A stretch of DNA of 64,000 nt from Acidobacteriota bacterium (GTDB lineage: Bacteria; Acidobacteriota; CAIWXX01): assembly GCA_040755995.1 (NCBI GenBank), contig JBFMAF010000038.1, positions 12,352 through 76,351 of the forward strand, written 5' to 3'. Positions 28,453-38,409 of this stretch are shown piece after piece. A program made the translations under genes and the position numbers. The notes below the pieces were generated by a model, which was given only the letters and a program-made list of their open reading frames with translations, was not told the DNA's origin and searched no databases. Within the stretch, counting starts at the first letter, position 1, and each line of letters starts with the position of its first letter.

Positions 28453-29502
28453 CTACCGATCCTTCTTGGGATCGTGCTTCCGATTCTCGGCGCCTTTGGG
28501 CGCGGCCTTCTGCTTCTTCACGGCCGGTTTCGAGGCCACGTTCGAAGGCTTGCCTCCGTGCTTCGCCTCTATCTTCGTCTGAGTCGGCGCCTGGGCCCGC
28601 TGTGGCTGCGTGGGCGTCCGCACTACGCCTTCGTGACCGCCGCCACGAGAGTCCACCCGAGGCTTGGCCGTCGCGGGGGCCGACTGGTGCATCGGTCGAT
28701 GCTCAGGCTCGTCCTTGCGAGGCGCGGCTGACTTCTGCACCTTGTCGTGGTCGTCGGTTCGCCGTACGACCGGAGCCGATGCGGGCTTCCGCGCAATCAT
28801 GGAAGCCTGCTTCAGCACGACCGCCTCGTGGGCCTGCGGAACGACCATCTTGACACGACGGCCGTCGACCGCCATCTCACGCTGTTTGACGGACTGAACC
28901 GGAATCGATCGGCGGGTCACGCGTTCCATCACGTCTCGCCTCGGCGCCGACGAGGTGAACTGGACCGTCTTCCGCACCAACAGGTTCTGAACGACGGCCG
29001 GCTGGGCGCTGTACGCGCCGTAGTCGTTGTATGTGAACCGGTCCGCACCGACGAACACCCAGAGGCTCGCCCGAGCTGGGCTGTAGCCGTAGGCTCGTGC
29101 GACGTGGCTGGGGCACCAACCGACGTAGCCGTCGCCATACGACCAGACTACATCGGCGGGCTGCCATTCATAGCCCGGAACCCAGACCCACCCAAACGCA
29201 TCGGTGAAGACCCAGTCACCGTAGTGGTAGACGGACCAGCCCCACGGCTCGTTGGAAACCCAGGTAGGTCCGTACGAAGTGTACACCCAGTGGCCGTAGA
29301 GATACGGTCGCCATCCAACGCGCGTCGCCGCATACGGCCGCCAGCACCTTCCACGGGACGCCACTTCGAGCCAGGTGCCGTAAGGAGCCAGCGTCTCGTG
29401 GTAGCCGAACGAGAAACTGAAGGAGACGCCGGCTGGAGCCAGGCTCCCGCTGCCGAACAGCAGAGTCGACAGCGTCAGTAGAGTTGCGATCTTGAGTTTC
29501 AT
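28453..29502 (-). CDS. DUF6600-like secreted protein with low-complexity tail
   Basis: Signal peptide; LAPYGTW, WRPYLYGHWVYT, WVSNEPWGW..YHYG.W, WVWVPG. Confidence 0.85.
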   Translation of the reverse strand: MKLKIATLLTLSTLLFGSGSLAPAGVSFSFSFGYHETLAPYGTWLEVASRGRCWRPYAATRVGWRPYLYGHWVYTSYGPTWVSNEPWGWSVYHYGDWVFTDAFGWVWVPGYEWQPADVVWSYGDGYVGWCPSHVARAYGYSPARASLWVFVGADRFTYNDYGAYSAQPAVVQNLLVRKTVQFTSSAPRRDVMERVTRRSIPVQSVKQREMAVDGRRVKMVVPQAHEAVVLKQASMIARKPASAPVVRRTDDHDKVQKSAAPRKDEPEHRPMHQSAPATAKPRVDSRGGGHEGVVRTPTQPQRAQAPTQTKIEAKHGGKPSNVASKPAVKKQKAAPKGAENRKHDPKKDR

Positions 29503-29541
29503 GTCTAAAACCTCCTCGTACACCGTTCAGTCATCAGGATG

Positions 29542-29557
29542 TGCAAGCGAGGTGCCA
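29542..29557 (-). promoter_or_regulatory. sigma54 (-24/-12) promoter
   Basis: TGGCAC-CTCGC-TTGCA on the minus strand, 40 bp upstream of the DUF6600 gene. Confidence 0.8.
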
Positions 29558-29795
29558 GGTCGACGGTGAGCGGCTTCAAGCACTTACCCGCCGCTCGCCA
29601 CTTGACGCGGCGTCCTCTGTGAAGGACAGCAGCGGCTCGGGCCCATCTAACGGACAGAGAACACAGGCCGAGCCCCCGTCCAACGGTGGGGACAGTCGCT
29701 GCTGGATTTGCCACATCCTGCGTCGTGTCGCCGTACGTCCCGGCTCATGCCGGGGCGTCGCTGTGGGCCACATCACCGCTTCGATGCGCTGCGAA

Positions 29796-29828
29796 GTGAG
29801 CAGGGTCACAGCTGCGAGGGTTGAGCCT
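29796..29828 (+). repeat. 33-bp direct repeat, left copy
   Basis: gtgagcagggtcacagctgcgagggttgagcct, 32/33 identical to 31536-31568. Confidence 0.9.
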
Positions 29829-30432
29829 CAAATCCGGGAGTCATTCATGCGCTCCAGGAATCTCACGAACGGTCCAAAACACTGCGGGCATCGTTCAATG
29901 ACGACTGGATACTGACCTACATGCAGTATCAACGGTGCGTCCACCGTGTCTTTGTAGCGGTCCCCATGCGCTCCGAAGAGGTCCTCGACGACGCGTTTGG
30001 GAGGTTGATTGTGATCCTGGTCTTCGACTGGGACGGTCCATGTGATCTTGAGCTGGTTCGTCTTTAGCCGCGTCTTCAGCGACTCATGTGCTGCCAAAAC
30101 GAGCGCTTCAAGATCGTGCTTGAAGCAGAACACGCGGAATCGGCTTCTGAGTCGTTCATGAGGTTGAACGCTTTTCGATGACAAGGCTTCGTCGAACAGC
30201 CGCAGCACTCCTTCTCTATAATTCCTCGGGTGTGACGTGCGGGAACACCTTGTCGCGAGGGTAGAGATCAGGCAGCGCCACCACGACGGAATCCGGATCG
30301 TTCCTTAGGATGTTAACCGCCTTCACCGGGATTTTCTTTAGGAGATCTCGCTTGTTGTCTCCCCGACTGCGCATCGGGAAGAATTCGATCGCAACGCCCT
30401 CGGCTCTCTTGCGCGCGAGGAGATCGCTGAGT
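29828..30432 (-). pseudogene. DUF4276-like (TOPRIM-like) protein, N-truncated and frameshifted
   Basis: VVVALPDLYP...PHVTPEEL, then frameshift near 30217, then FRVFCFKHDLEALVLA...VEDQDHNQPPK...YKDTVDAP...CPQCF. Confidence 0.7.
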
Positions 30433-30943
30433 ACAGGGTGATCAGCTCCGGGTTGGTCACAGTGCTCAGTGCCAGTTGGTTTGGGCGCTTGAGGGCGATC
30501 TCCTGCTTCGTGAGTTTCTTCGACTTCGCATCCTGGATGAGCCCTTTTCGTTCTCCGATGTTCAGGAAGAGGTAAGGATTCTGATCACGAGGCCGAGCAG
30601 TCTGCACGCGTTCGAACGAGACATGGGTCCGACCGACCGGTCCCATGAGCTCCCCCTGATATCTCAGCGGGTACTGCTGATGGAAGTCCATGTCGAGACT
30701 CCACCAGAATCGCTCTGCGCCGGGAACGTGAAAGATCTGCTGCCCGATGGACCCGGCAACGATCTCGGGAGGGATATCCTGGTAGATACTGTCGCGGAGG
30801 AATTTCAGAAATTCGAAGAGACTGGATTTCCCCGAGCCGTTTGCCCCCACGAGGATCTCGAGCGGTGTGAGCTCAGCCTGGAAATCCCGGAAGGGTCGAT
30901 ACCCCTTGATCTTCAGGGACTTGATAGTCGGCTTGCTGCTCAT
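30433..30943 (-). pseudogene. AAA/ABC-type ATPase (COG4637-like), N-terminal half only
   Basis: IKSLKIKGYRPF...ILVGANGSGKSSLFE; no signature or Walker B; fused directly to the DUF4276 remnant. Confidence 0.8.
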
Positions 30944-31312
30944 GTCTGTGCTCCCTGGGCGATCATGCCTCAAAATGCCGACTGATCGGCTGACCTTCGC
31001 TATCGCCAGCTGCGTCGGAATCGAGGACCACTCGAACTTCCCTTTCGTCAACGCTTCCCAGTGCCCCCTGGCCTCCCTCGGTTGCCGTTCAACCAGCGCG
31101 CTCCAGGCAGTACGCCGCGGTCTCTACCATGGCAGTGTCCAGAACTCTGGATCGGCTCGGCAAGCCGAGAGGATTGGTTTCCACGAGACACGTGGCCACG
31201 GCTGGATCGTCCGACGACAGGGTCGTGATTTGTCGCGTCTCATTCAGCAACGCTCCCCCTTCTGGAGACGAGTTGTGCACTTGAATGAAGTGGAGACAGC
31301 ATCCATGATTGC

Positions 31313-31400
31313 ACCTAACGGCGTTCTAGACCGCATCGAGAAGAATCACCAGCAACCGAGATCTTACTCTGAACGCCGCGAAGAGTCCACCGGGTTAGGT
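31313..31400 (-). repeat. attC-like imperfect palindrome
   Basis: ACCTAAC...GTTAGGT complementary ends, inner GGCGTTC(T)AGA/TCTGAACGCC pairing. Confidence 0.4.
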
Positions 31401-31535
31401 GGTCAGGCGGTCAGTTGAGCGCCTAAGCCGCGTCATCGCCAAGCGCCTCGGAGGTCCGCCAATCACGTATCGACGCGCTTGCGGTTGGCTACAGGATCGC
31501 GCCAATTGTAGCCGAAAAGGTCCGCTACAGCGGCT

Positions 31536-31568
31536 GTGAGCAGGGTCAGAGCTGCGAGGGTTGAGCCT
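31536..31568 (+). repeat. 33-bp direct repeat, right copy
   Basis: gtgagcagggtcagagctgcgagggttgagcct. Confidence 0.9.
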
Positions 31569-31728
31569 TGACGTCGGCAACTCGGGGCACTACCTTCGAG
31601 ATTGCGAGAATGTTGGAGGCAACTCTCGCAGAGAAGAGGGAACGTTGAGGTGATCGGCAGATGGACCCGCGGGCGTTATCGGGGTCAGGTGCCTCACGCT
31701 CCAGGTTACGATGGAAAGGAGAAAGACG

Positions 31729-33350
31729 ATGAGACGAGTTAGCACGATCGGTTCGATTCTTGCCGCGCTCGTACTGGCGGCAGGGGTCGTTGCCCAAGCT
31801 GCAACCCAGGAGCCCAGCAAGGGTACGCCGCTGGAGTCTGGGAACATCGTTGCGGTCAGCTACCTGTCCAAGACGAATACCACTCTTGATCTGGTAGGGA
31901 CGGCACTCTCGCCGCGGTCGAGGGGCAAGGTGGAAGTGAAGACACACGACGACAAGCCCACGGAGGTCAAGGGGGGAAATCGAGGGGTTGCAGAGTCCCT
32001 CTCGGTTCGGTCCAGAGTACCTCACGTATGTACTGTGGGCCGTCACGCCCAACGGACAAGCGAAGAACCTAGGCGAGCTGCGGCTCGACGGCGATGAAGC
32101 CGACATCGACACTTCACTCGAATTCCAATCGTTCGGGATCGTGGTAACGCCGGAGCCCTACTTCGCCGTGATGCTTCCCAGCGGCACTGTCGTCGCTGAG
32201 AACGTCCTCCGTCCGGATACGAAGGGCAAGGTGACAGCGGTTCGTTCAACCTATGAGCTGATGCCGCGTGGCAGCTACGCAGCTGCGACCCCGGCCGAAG
32301 GCTCGGCCGGGCCCGTAGGGAACCCGAAGGATCCGTTGGACCTCAGACAGGCTCGCAACGCCCTGCACGTTGCGCAGCTGGCCCATGCCGACCGCTACGC
32401 TTCGGAGATCTATGCGAGGGCAAAGGAGCAGCTCAACACTGCCGAGACCTACTACTCGAAGGACGTCGACAAGAAGGCCATCAGCCAGCAAGCCCGCACC
32501 GCAGTCCAGACTGCGGAGGAGGCGCGGATGGTATCGACACGCCGCATGGCCGAGGAAAAGGAGGAGATGGCCAAGCAGGCGGCAATTCAGGCGGAGGCAA
32601 GACGGCGGCAGGTTGCCGAACAGGCCAGGCTGACGGCCGAGGAACAGAAGGTGGCCGCCCAGCGGAAGCAGGCAGCCGCGGAGGTCGCGAAGGCGGATGC
32701 CGAGATGCAGGCCAGGAAGGCGCAGCAGGAGCGTGAGGCGGCAGACAGGGCCAACCAAGGACGAGGCCCTCAGGGCCGAACGCGAGGCCCAGCTCCAGAA
32801 GCTTCAGGCTGAAACCGAGGCCGTCAGGGCCAAAGCGGCCGCAGACGAAGAGGCCCGCCAGCGCTTGAAGGCCGAAACAGAACGAGCTGAGCTGCGCGCG
32901 AAGCTGCTCAGACAATTCAATGAGATCCTGCCTACGCGCGAGACCGAGCGCAGCCTGGTCGTCAACATCGGTGACGTGCTCTTCGATTTCGACCGGCACT
33001 CGCTACGCGACGAGGCCCGAGAAAAGCTCGCGCGTTTCGCGGGGATACTGCTCAACTACCCCGATTTGAAGATCCGGTGCGAGGGGCACACGGACAGCAT
33101 CGGAACGGCTGAGTACAACCAGGACCTATCGGAGAAGCGAGCTCAAGCCGCTGCCGACTACCTGAACACGCTCGGCGTGGACAGATCACGCCTCTACTAT
33201 GAAGGCCTCGGAGAGAACGCGCCGATCGCGAGCAACGACAGCCGATTCGGCCGGCAGAAGAACCGCCGGGTCGAGATGATCGTCTCAGGAGAAGTCATCG
33301 GCGTACCGGTGTCGAGCTCCGGCAGCGCAGCCGGCGGGGCCATGAGGTAG
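31729..33350 (+). pseudogene. OmpA-family protein with two frameshifts (G6 at 31971-31976 and near 32752); real or sequencing error
   Basis: Signal peptide / PSRFGPEYLTYVLWAVTP...coiled coil / DVLFDFD, EGHTDSIG, NQDLSEKRA, GRQKNRRVE across three frames. Confidence 0.8.
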
Positions 33351-33423
33351 GCACGGGCCCTTCGGGCTGGCCGGTCGAATTACTACGGATGTAGTAACTC
33401 GACTATCGACACGGAGCCACAAT

Positions 33424-33458
33424 CCCATCCTCCGTCCCCTCGGGGGACGGAGGATGGG
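33424..33458. terminator. strong hairpin between convergent genes
   Basis: cccatcctccgtcccc-tcg-ggggacggaggatggg, 16-bp perfect stem; no clear U-tract. Confidence 0.55.
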
Positions 33459-33606
33459 CGCCTCCGACGTCGCGCACCCGATCAGGCCCTGACGGGCGAG
33501 CCCTCTGAGGCGATCACGGAGGCGGGATCTCGTGCAGGTTGGCAGTCGCCTCAGGCCACGGGCCTCGTGCACCCGGCGGGACTAGTCACAGAACTTCACA
33601 ACCGCC

Positions 33607-35292
33607 TCATCCGCTCCTGCCTTCCAGACGCCTGAGGCTGTCGCGCGCGAAGTCGATCGAGGGGTCGATAGAGAGCGCCCGGCGGTACATTCTGACTGCC
33701 CCGTCCCTGTCACCCTTGTCGCGCATGCAGCTGCCCATGTTCGCCCAGTCGATGGCGGAGCGAGGATCGATCTCGATGGCCCTTTCGAAGCAGGCGATCG
33801 CGAGGTCATACTCCCCTCGTTTGAAGTGGCAAAACCCCGTGCAATTGTGCAGCTCTTTGCACCTGGGGTCGAGAGCGAGCGCCCTGGCGGAATACTCCAG
33901 CGCCTGCTCGAATTCCCCCAAGCTCTTATGACACTCGGCGATGTAGAAAAGAACATGGAACAGGTCCTCCTCGGCAGGGCCGCGATCGAGTGCGGAGATC
34001 AGGTACTCCAGGCCCCTCCGTGGCTCCCCCTTCCCCATCCAGCTGAGGCCGCTGAAGAAGTCAAGCGGGCTGTCCTCCATACCGGCTGACGCCGCATCGT
34101 CGAGAGCACGCAAGGCGTCATCGAATTCCTCGATGCGATAGTGGCAGACGCCGCGATGGAACTGGGCGTCGGCTGCCATCGGGCCGGCGAGTCCGAGCTG
34201 AACGGCCTCGCTGAACCGATCCGCAGCTTCTATGTAGTCGCGCCACGCGAATTCGCAGCGCCCCATCTGATAGCGGATTTCGGCGGCCTCCGGGTCCTTC
34301 TCCCGCGCCGCCCTGAGCCATCTCATGCTCCCTTCGAGGTCCCCTTTCTCGTACGCCGCGATGCCGAGCTGGAGCAGCACCGGCGGAGAGAGACGGTCGA
34401 CTGTGAAGCGGTCTGACCGCGCGGCCAGGGTCGCGATTGTTTCCGCGAGTCTTTCGCAACTCGTGGCTCCGGCCAGCAGATGTGTCTGCAGTTCATCGAG
34501 GGCGTCGCTCCGCCGGTTCAGCTCAATGGCCCGCTCGATCGTCTGCCAGGATTTCACAACGCAGTCCACACAGGCGTCTTGTGCGTCGCCCCTCCCCTCC
34601 ATGACGCAATGCTCGATTCTCCCGCCCGAGTCGATAATCGTGAATCCGTCGCATGGGGGCCCGTTGGATCCGCAGGACTCCAACCAGCGATCGACAATCG
34701 CGTTCACATAGAGCGCATCGAGCGCTGATCGCGGCTGAAAGGCGCTCGACTCCATCAGGTAGACTCTCTCCCAGGGCCGCACACCCTGATCCGCGATCGG
34801 AAACTGACTGCTGATCAGGAGAGACGGCAGAAAGAAACGCTGCTGCAGGAACGTTGCGAGCCGGGCCGCGTCGCTGATGGAGGCGGGGTCGTCCACGAAC
34901 AGGATCGGGAAGATGCGGAGGCGCGCGACGATGTGATGCCTGTATGCTTCCTCCTGGAACGGTGCACAGTGTGCGTGCAGCCTGGCGTACGCCTCCCGGC
35001 ACGCCCTCAATGTATCCGCCCCGAAAACATGAACGGGGCGGGCGGTGATTTGAAGGAACTGCTGATCGGCCAGCATCTCTGAGACCTTCCGAATGACCTC
35101 GCGGCTCGTGCTGCCGTCGACCGGACCCGCCGGCTCGATGAGGTAGCAGGTAGCAGAGAGGTTCATGCGGTTGAGGAGTTGCGGGAGCGCATCCAGGAGC
35201 CCGTCGCGTGCCTGGTCATCGCAAAGGCAAAACAGATCGGTGATGCACTCGTTGACCCTCCCTGCGCCCACCTCTTCTGCCGGTCCGCTCAC
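33607..35292 (-). CDS. tetratricopeptide repeat protein with unknown Cys-containing N-terminal domain
   Basis: Multiple TPRs in the C-terminal half (AIACFERAIEIDP, ALSIDPSIDFA). Confidence 0.85.
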   Translation of the reverse strand: MSGPAEEVGAGRVNECITDLFCLCDDQARDGLLDALPQLLNRMNLSATCYLIEPAGPVDGSTSREVIRKVSEMLADQQFLQITARPVHVFGADTLRACREAYARLHAHCAPFQEEAYRHHIVARLRIFPILFVDDPASISDAARLATFLQQRFFLPSLLISSQFPIADQGVRPWERVYLMESSAFQPRSALDALYVNAIVDRWLESCGSNGPPCDGFTIIDSGGRIEHCVMEGRGDAQDACVDCVVKSWQTIERAIELNRRSDALDELQTHLLAGATSCERLAETIATLAARSDRFTVDRLSPPVLLQLGIAAYEKGDLEGSMRWLRAAREKDPEAAEIRYQMGRCEFAWRDYIEAADRFSEAVQLGLAGPMAADAQFHRGVCHYRIEEFDDALRALDDAASAGMEDSPLDFFSGLSWMGKGEPRRGLEYLISALDRGPAEEDLFHVLFYIAECHKSLGEFEQALEYSARALALDPRCKELHNCTGFCHFKRGEYDLAIACFERAIEIDPRSAIDWANMGSCMRDKGDRDGAVRMYRRALSIDPSIDFARDSLRRLEGRSG

Positions 35293-36593
35293 GACACGAT
35301 CCTCTTGCCGCCGTCGATCGAGGCAGCCGCCCAGAGGCTCCGGACCCTCTTGATCTCCGACTCGCTCATGCAGTCCGTGTGGTAGCGTCCCCCGGCGGAA
35401 ATGTAGAGCGGTGGGGACTCCGGAGCCACGCAGATACCGAACCGCGCAGGCTCGCGCTGCACTTCCGTGCCGAAGTACAGCTGCATCTGCTGCGCATTCG
35501 TATTCCCGCGAATCGGGACTTCGAGACTCTCAACGAAACGGAGCGTCGCCACCGCGTCCTCGAAACTTTCGCCCGGCAGGCCGTATTGGGAAAAGACCTC
35601 GACGCCGATGCCGGCGTCCTGCGTCAGCCGGACCGCCCTCTCGAACTCGCCCGAATCGATCGGCTTGCGAATCCGCTGCAGCACGTCTGGCGATGCCGAT
35701 TCAAGACCATACGCTATAGTATGGACTCCCGCGTGCTTCATCTTGTTGAGGAGGTCCGAATCGACGAGGTCGGCACGGGTCTCCAGCCAGAATTCACTAT
35801 CGAGGCCTCGCCGTAGGAGACCATCCAGAAGGCCGTGGATGCGAGTTCGATCGAGGGTGAAGCTCGGATCGGCGAACCAGAAACGCCGCAGGCCCTTACG
35901 CGAGACGTACTCGATCTCGTCGAGCACGCGCTCGACGGAGTGGTACCGCGTCTTGCGGCCGAAGGCCTGGGGAGTGTAGCAGAACGCGCATCGATAGGGG
36001 CATCCCCGCGACGCCAGCAGAATCGCCTCGTCCATCCGATCGATCTCCAGGGCACCAGTGAGATAGGGCGACGGGTAGTCGTCGAGCTCCTCTTTCGAAT
36101 CGACTGCGGGGCCTTCCCACGCTCCCCCGCTCGGACGCCGCCCCATCATGCATGGCGTTCCATCGATTGACTCCCCAGCACGCATCCGTTCGGCCAGCCC
36201 CATCATGGCAACCTCGCCCTCACCCCGGCAGACGAGGTCTATGGACGGCAGTTGCCGGAGCGCCTCCGGCGGCAGAAACGTCGCCTGCGGGCCTCCGATC
36301 ACAGTCGTGCAGTCCGGCAGCAGGGACTTGCAGAGGCGCCCGAGCGCCTGGACGAAGAAGATGTTTCTCTGGTAGGCGGAGAACCCCACGATGGCCGGGC
36401 GGAAGTCCAGGAGCAGCCGCCCGATCAGATTGAGGGACAGGCGCGTGTCGCTACCGATCTGGAGAATCTTCACGGAGTACCCCTGCTCCGCGAGGTAGGC
36501 CGCGATGTAGCCGAGCGAAATGGGAGTCTGTACCGGCAGGAAGGGGCTGCACTCGATGAGCAGCACCCTCGGGTGGATTGGACTGCCCATCAA
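35289..36593 (-). CDS. cobalamin-binding radical SAM protein
   Basis: PISLGYIAAYL, VIGGPQAT, RGEGE, ASRGCPYRCAFC, GLESAS. Confidence 0.92.
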   Translation of the reverse strand: MMGSPIHPRVLLIECSPFLPVQTPISLGYIAAYLAEQGYSVKILQIGSDTRLSLNLIGRLLLDFRPAIVGFSAYQRNIFFVQALGRLCKSLLPDCTTVIGGPQATFLPPEALRQLPSIDLVCRGEGEVAMMGLAERMRAGESIDGTPCMMGRRPSGGAWEGPAVDSKEELDDYPSPYLTGALEIDRMDEAILLASRGCPYRCAFCYTPQAFGRKTRYHSVERVLDEIEYVSRKGLRRFWFADPSFTLDRTRIHGLLDGLLRRGLDSEFWLETRADLVDSDLLNKMKHAGVHTIAYGLESASPDVLQRIRKPIDSGEFERAVRLTQDAGIGVEVFSQYGLPGESFEDAVATLRFVESLEVPIRGNTNAQQMQLYFGTEVQREPARFGICVAPESPPLYISAGGRYHTDCMSESEIKRVRSLWAAASIDGGKRIVS

Positions 36594-36641
36594 GTCGCCC
36601 GAATCCCCGGCCCTTCTGTTTCGGCCCGCGCGAATCCCCGC

Positions 36642-38222
36642 CTATGGCCGTTGGAATTCGCAATCCTCGTTCCAGCGGATCTCTCCCTTGCGCTCGGCGA
36701 TCCGCTCCACGATCCTGACAACCAGCTCGGCGACCTGCACCTGGCCGCTCAGGTCCCATGTGTCATCCACCTCGTCCGACGGCTGGTGGTACTGCGTGCG
36801 GATGTACTCCACTGCGACGCTCTCGCCCCAGCCGGCGGGGCGGCCCTCGTACTCGAGCCCCGAGCTGAGGGTGAAACCGGGAACGCCGGCGCGCGCGAAT
36901 GAGAAGTGGTCGCTGCGGAAGTAGTAGCCCTTCTCAGGGAACGGATCCGGCGAGATCTTCATGCCGGCCGATTTCGCCGCTTCCGCGACGATCGCATCGA
37001 GATCGCTCTTCTCGGCTCCCTGGGCTCGGGCGTCGAGCGTGCGGCCGCGCGAGTTGCCTCCGTCGACGTTGACCACCGCGATCGTCCGATCGAGCGGCAC
37101 CACCGGGTGATGAACGTAGTACTCCGATCCCAGCAGGTTCTGCTCCTCCCCCGTGTACGTCAGGAACAGGACGCTGTCCTTGGGGTGCACGATGGCGAGG
37201 GCGCGCGCACAGGCCAGGAGGGTTGCAACGCCGACCGCATTGTCGTGCGCGCCGTTGTATATGGCGTCGCCGGTAGCGTCCGGCTTCCCGATGCCGAAAT
37301 GGTCATGATGAGCGCTGACGACGACGTACCGTTCCTTGGTGACAGCCCCTGGAAGCATGCCGATGGCATTCGGCGCGCTGAGGTGCCTGATCTGATTCTC
37401 GAACGTTGCCTTCACCGTGACATGCAGCGGCACTGGCTTGAAGTCAGGTGAGGCCGCGGAGGCCACGAGAGTCTGGAGGTCCTTGCCTGCCATCCCGACG
37501 ACCCGTTCTGCCACGTCTCCGCGAAGCCAGGCGCGGAGCTTGAGCGGGTCCTGTTCCTGCTCCGGCAGGAACCGTTCGCCCGACCACGATTGCTGCGGTA
37601 CCTGCCAGGGGTAGCCCGCCGTGTCCTCGATGTGGATCAGGATCGCGCCGGCCGCGCCCTTGCGTCCTGCCTCTTCGTACTTGTAAGTCCATCTGCCGTA
37701 ATAGGTCATCGCGCGCCCGCCGAAGAACTTCTCGTCTGTCGACGGCGGGTCGTTCACGAGCATCAGCAGCACCTTGCCGCGGACGTCCACGTCCTTGTAG
37801 TCGTCCCACTTCTGTTCTGGTGCGGAAATCCCGTAGCCGACGAACACCAGTTCGCCATCCAGGTTGACGGACGGGCTGACCACACCGCTCCCGCCGACGA
37901 TCTCGTCGTAGTACCTGGCGGTGATGACCTCGGAGCCCTTCTGGAACGCGACGGTCATCGACTGATCCGCAGTCATACCGATCAGCGGGACCCCTTGAAT
38001 GTAGCTTCCTGAGTTGCCCGGGAGCAACCCGATGGCCTTGAATTGCTCCGCGATGTAGTCCGCCGCCAGCCGCTCCCCCTTTGACCCTGTTCCGCGACCT
38101 TCCATCTTGTCATCCGCTAGAATGGCCGTATGCTTCATGATTTCTTCGCCCGTGATGGGCTGAGCGTCTGCGCGCACGATGGCGATCAACGCAGCCGCTG
38201 CAATGATGATTCCCCTGTTCAT
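36642..38222 (-). CDS. M28-family aminopeptidase with PA domain
   Basis: DDKMEGRGTG, SAHHDHFG, NGAHDNAVG, GEEQNLLGS, RSDHFSF, YHQPSD. Confidence 0.93.
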   Translation of the reverse strand: MNRGIIIAAAALIAIVRADAQPITGEEIMKHTAILADDKMEGRGTGSKGERLAADYIAEQFKAIGLLPGNSGSYIQGVPLIGMTADQSMTVAFQKGSEVITARYYDEIVGGSGVVSPSVNLDGELVFVGYGISAPEQKWDDYKDVDVRGKVLLMLVNDPPSTDEKFFGGRAMTYYGRWTYKYEEAGRKGAAGAILIHIEDTAGYPWQVPQQSWSGERFLPEQEQDPLKLRAWLRGDVAERVVGMAGKDLQTLVASAASPDFKPVPLHVTVKATFENQIRHLSAPNAIGMLPGAVTKERYVVVSAHHDHFGIGKPDATGDAIYNGAHDNAVGVATLLACARALAIVHPKDSVLFLTYTGEEQNLLGSEYYVHHPVVPLDRTIAVVNVDGGNSRGRTLDARAQGAEKSDLDAIVAEAAKSAGMKISPDPFPEKGYYFRSDHFSFARAGVPGFTLSSGLEYEGRPAGWGESVAVEYIRTQYHQPSDEVDDTWDLSGQVQVAELVVRIVERIAERKGEIRWNEDCEFQRP

Positions 38223-38409
38223 GATGCTCCTTCCATGTCGCCGACAAGCGCGACTCCACCATTATAGCGCGTCTTGTTCGGCTCGAGATCCTCGACATCC
38301 GGCACACTCGGGAAACCCGTCTGGGAGGCTGTCTACAAGCTGTTTGCCCCGGGCGCTGACCTCGCAACAACTCCACGACATATTCCGTACTTGAAAAACG
38401 GGAGGACAG

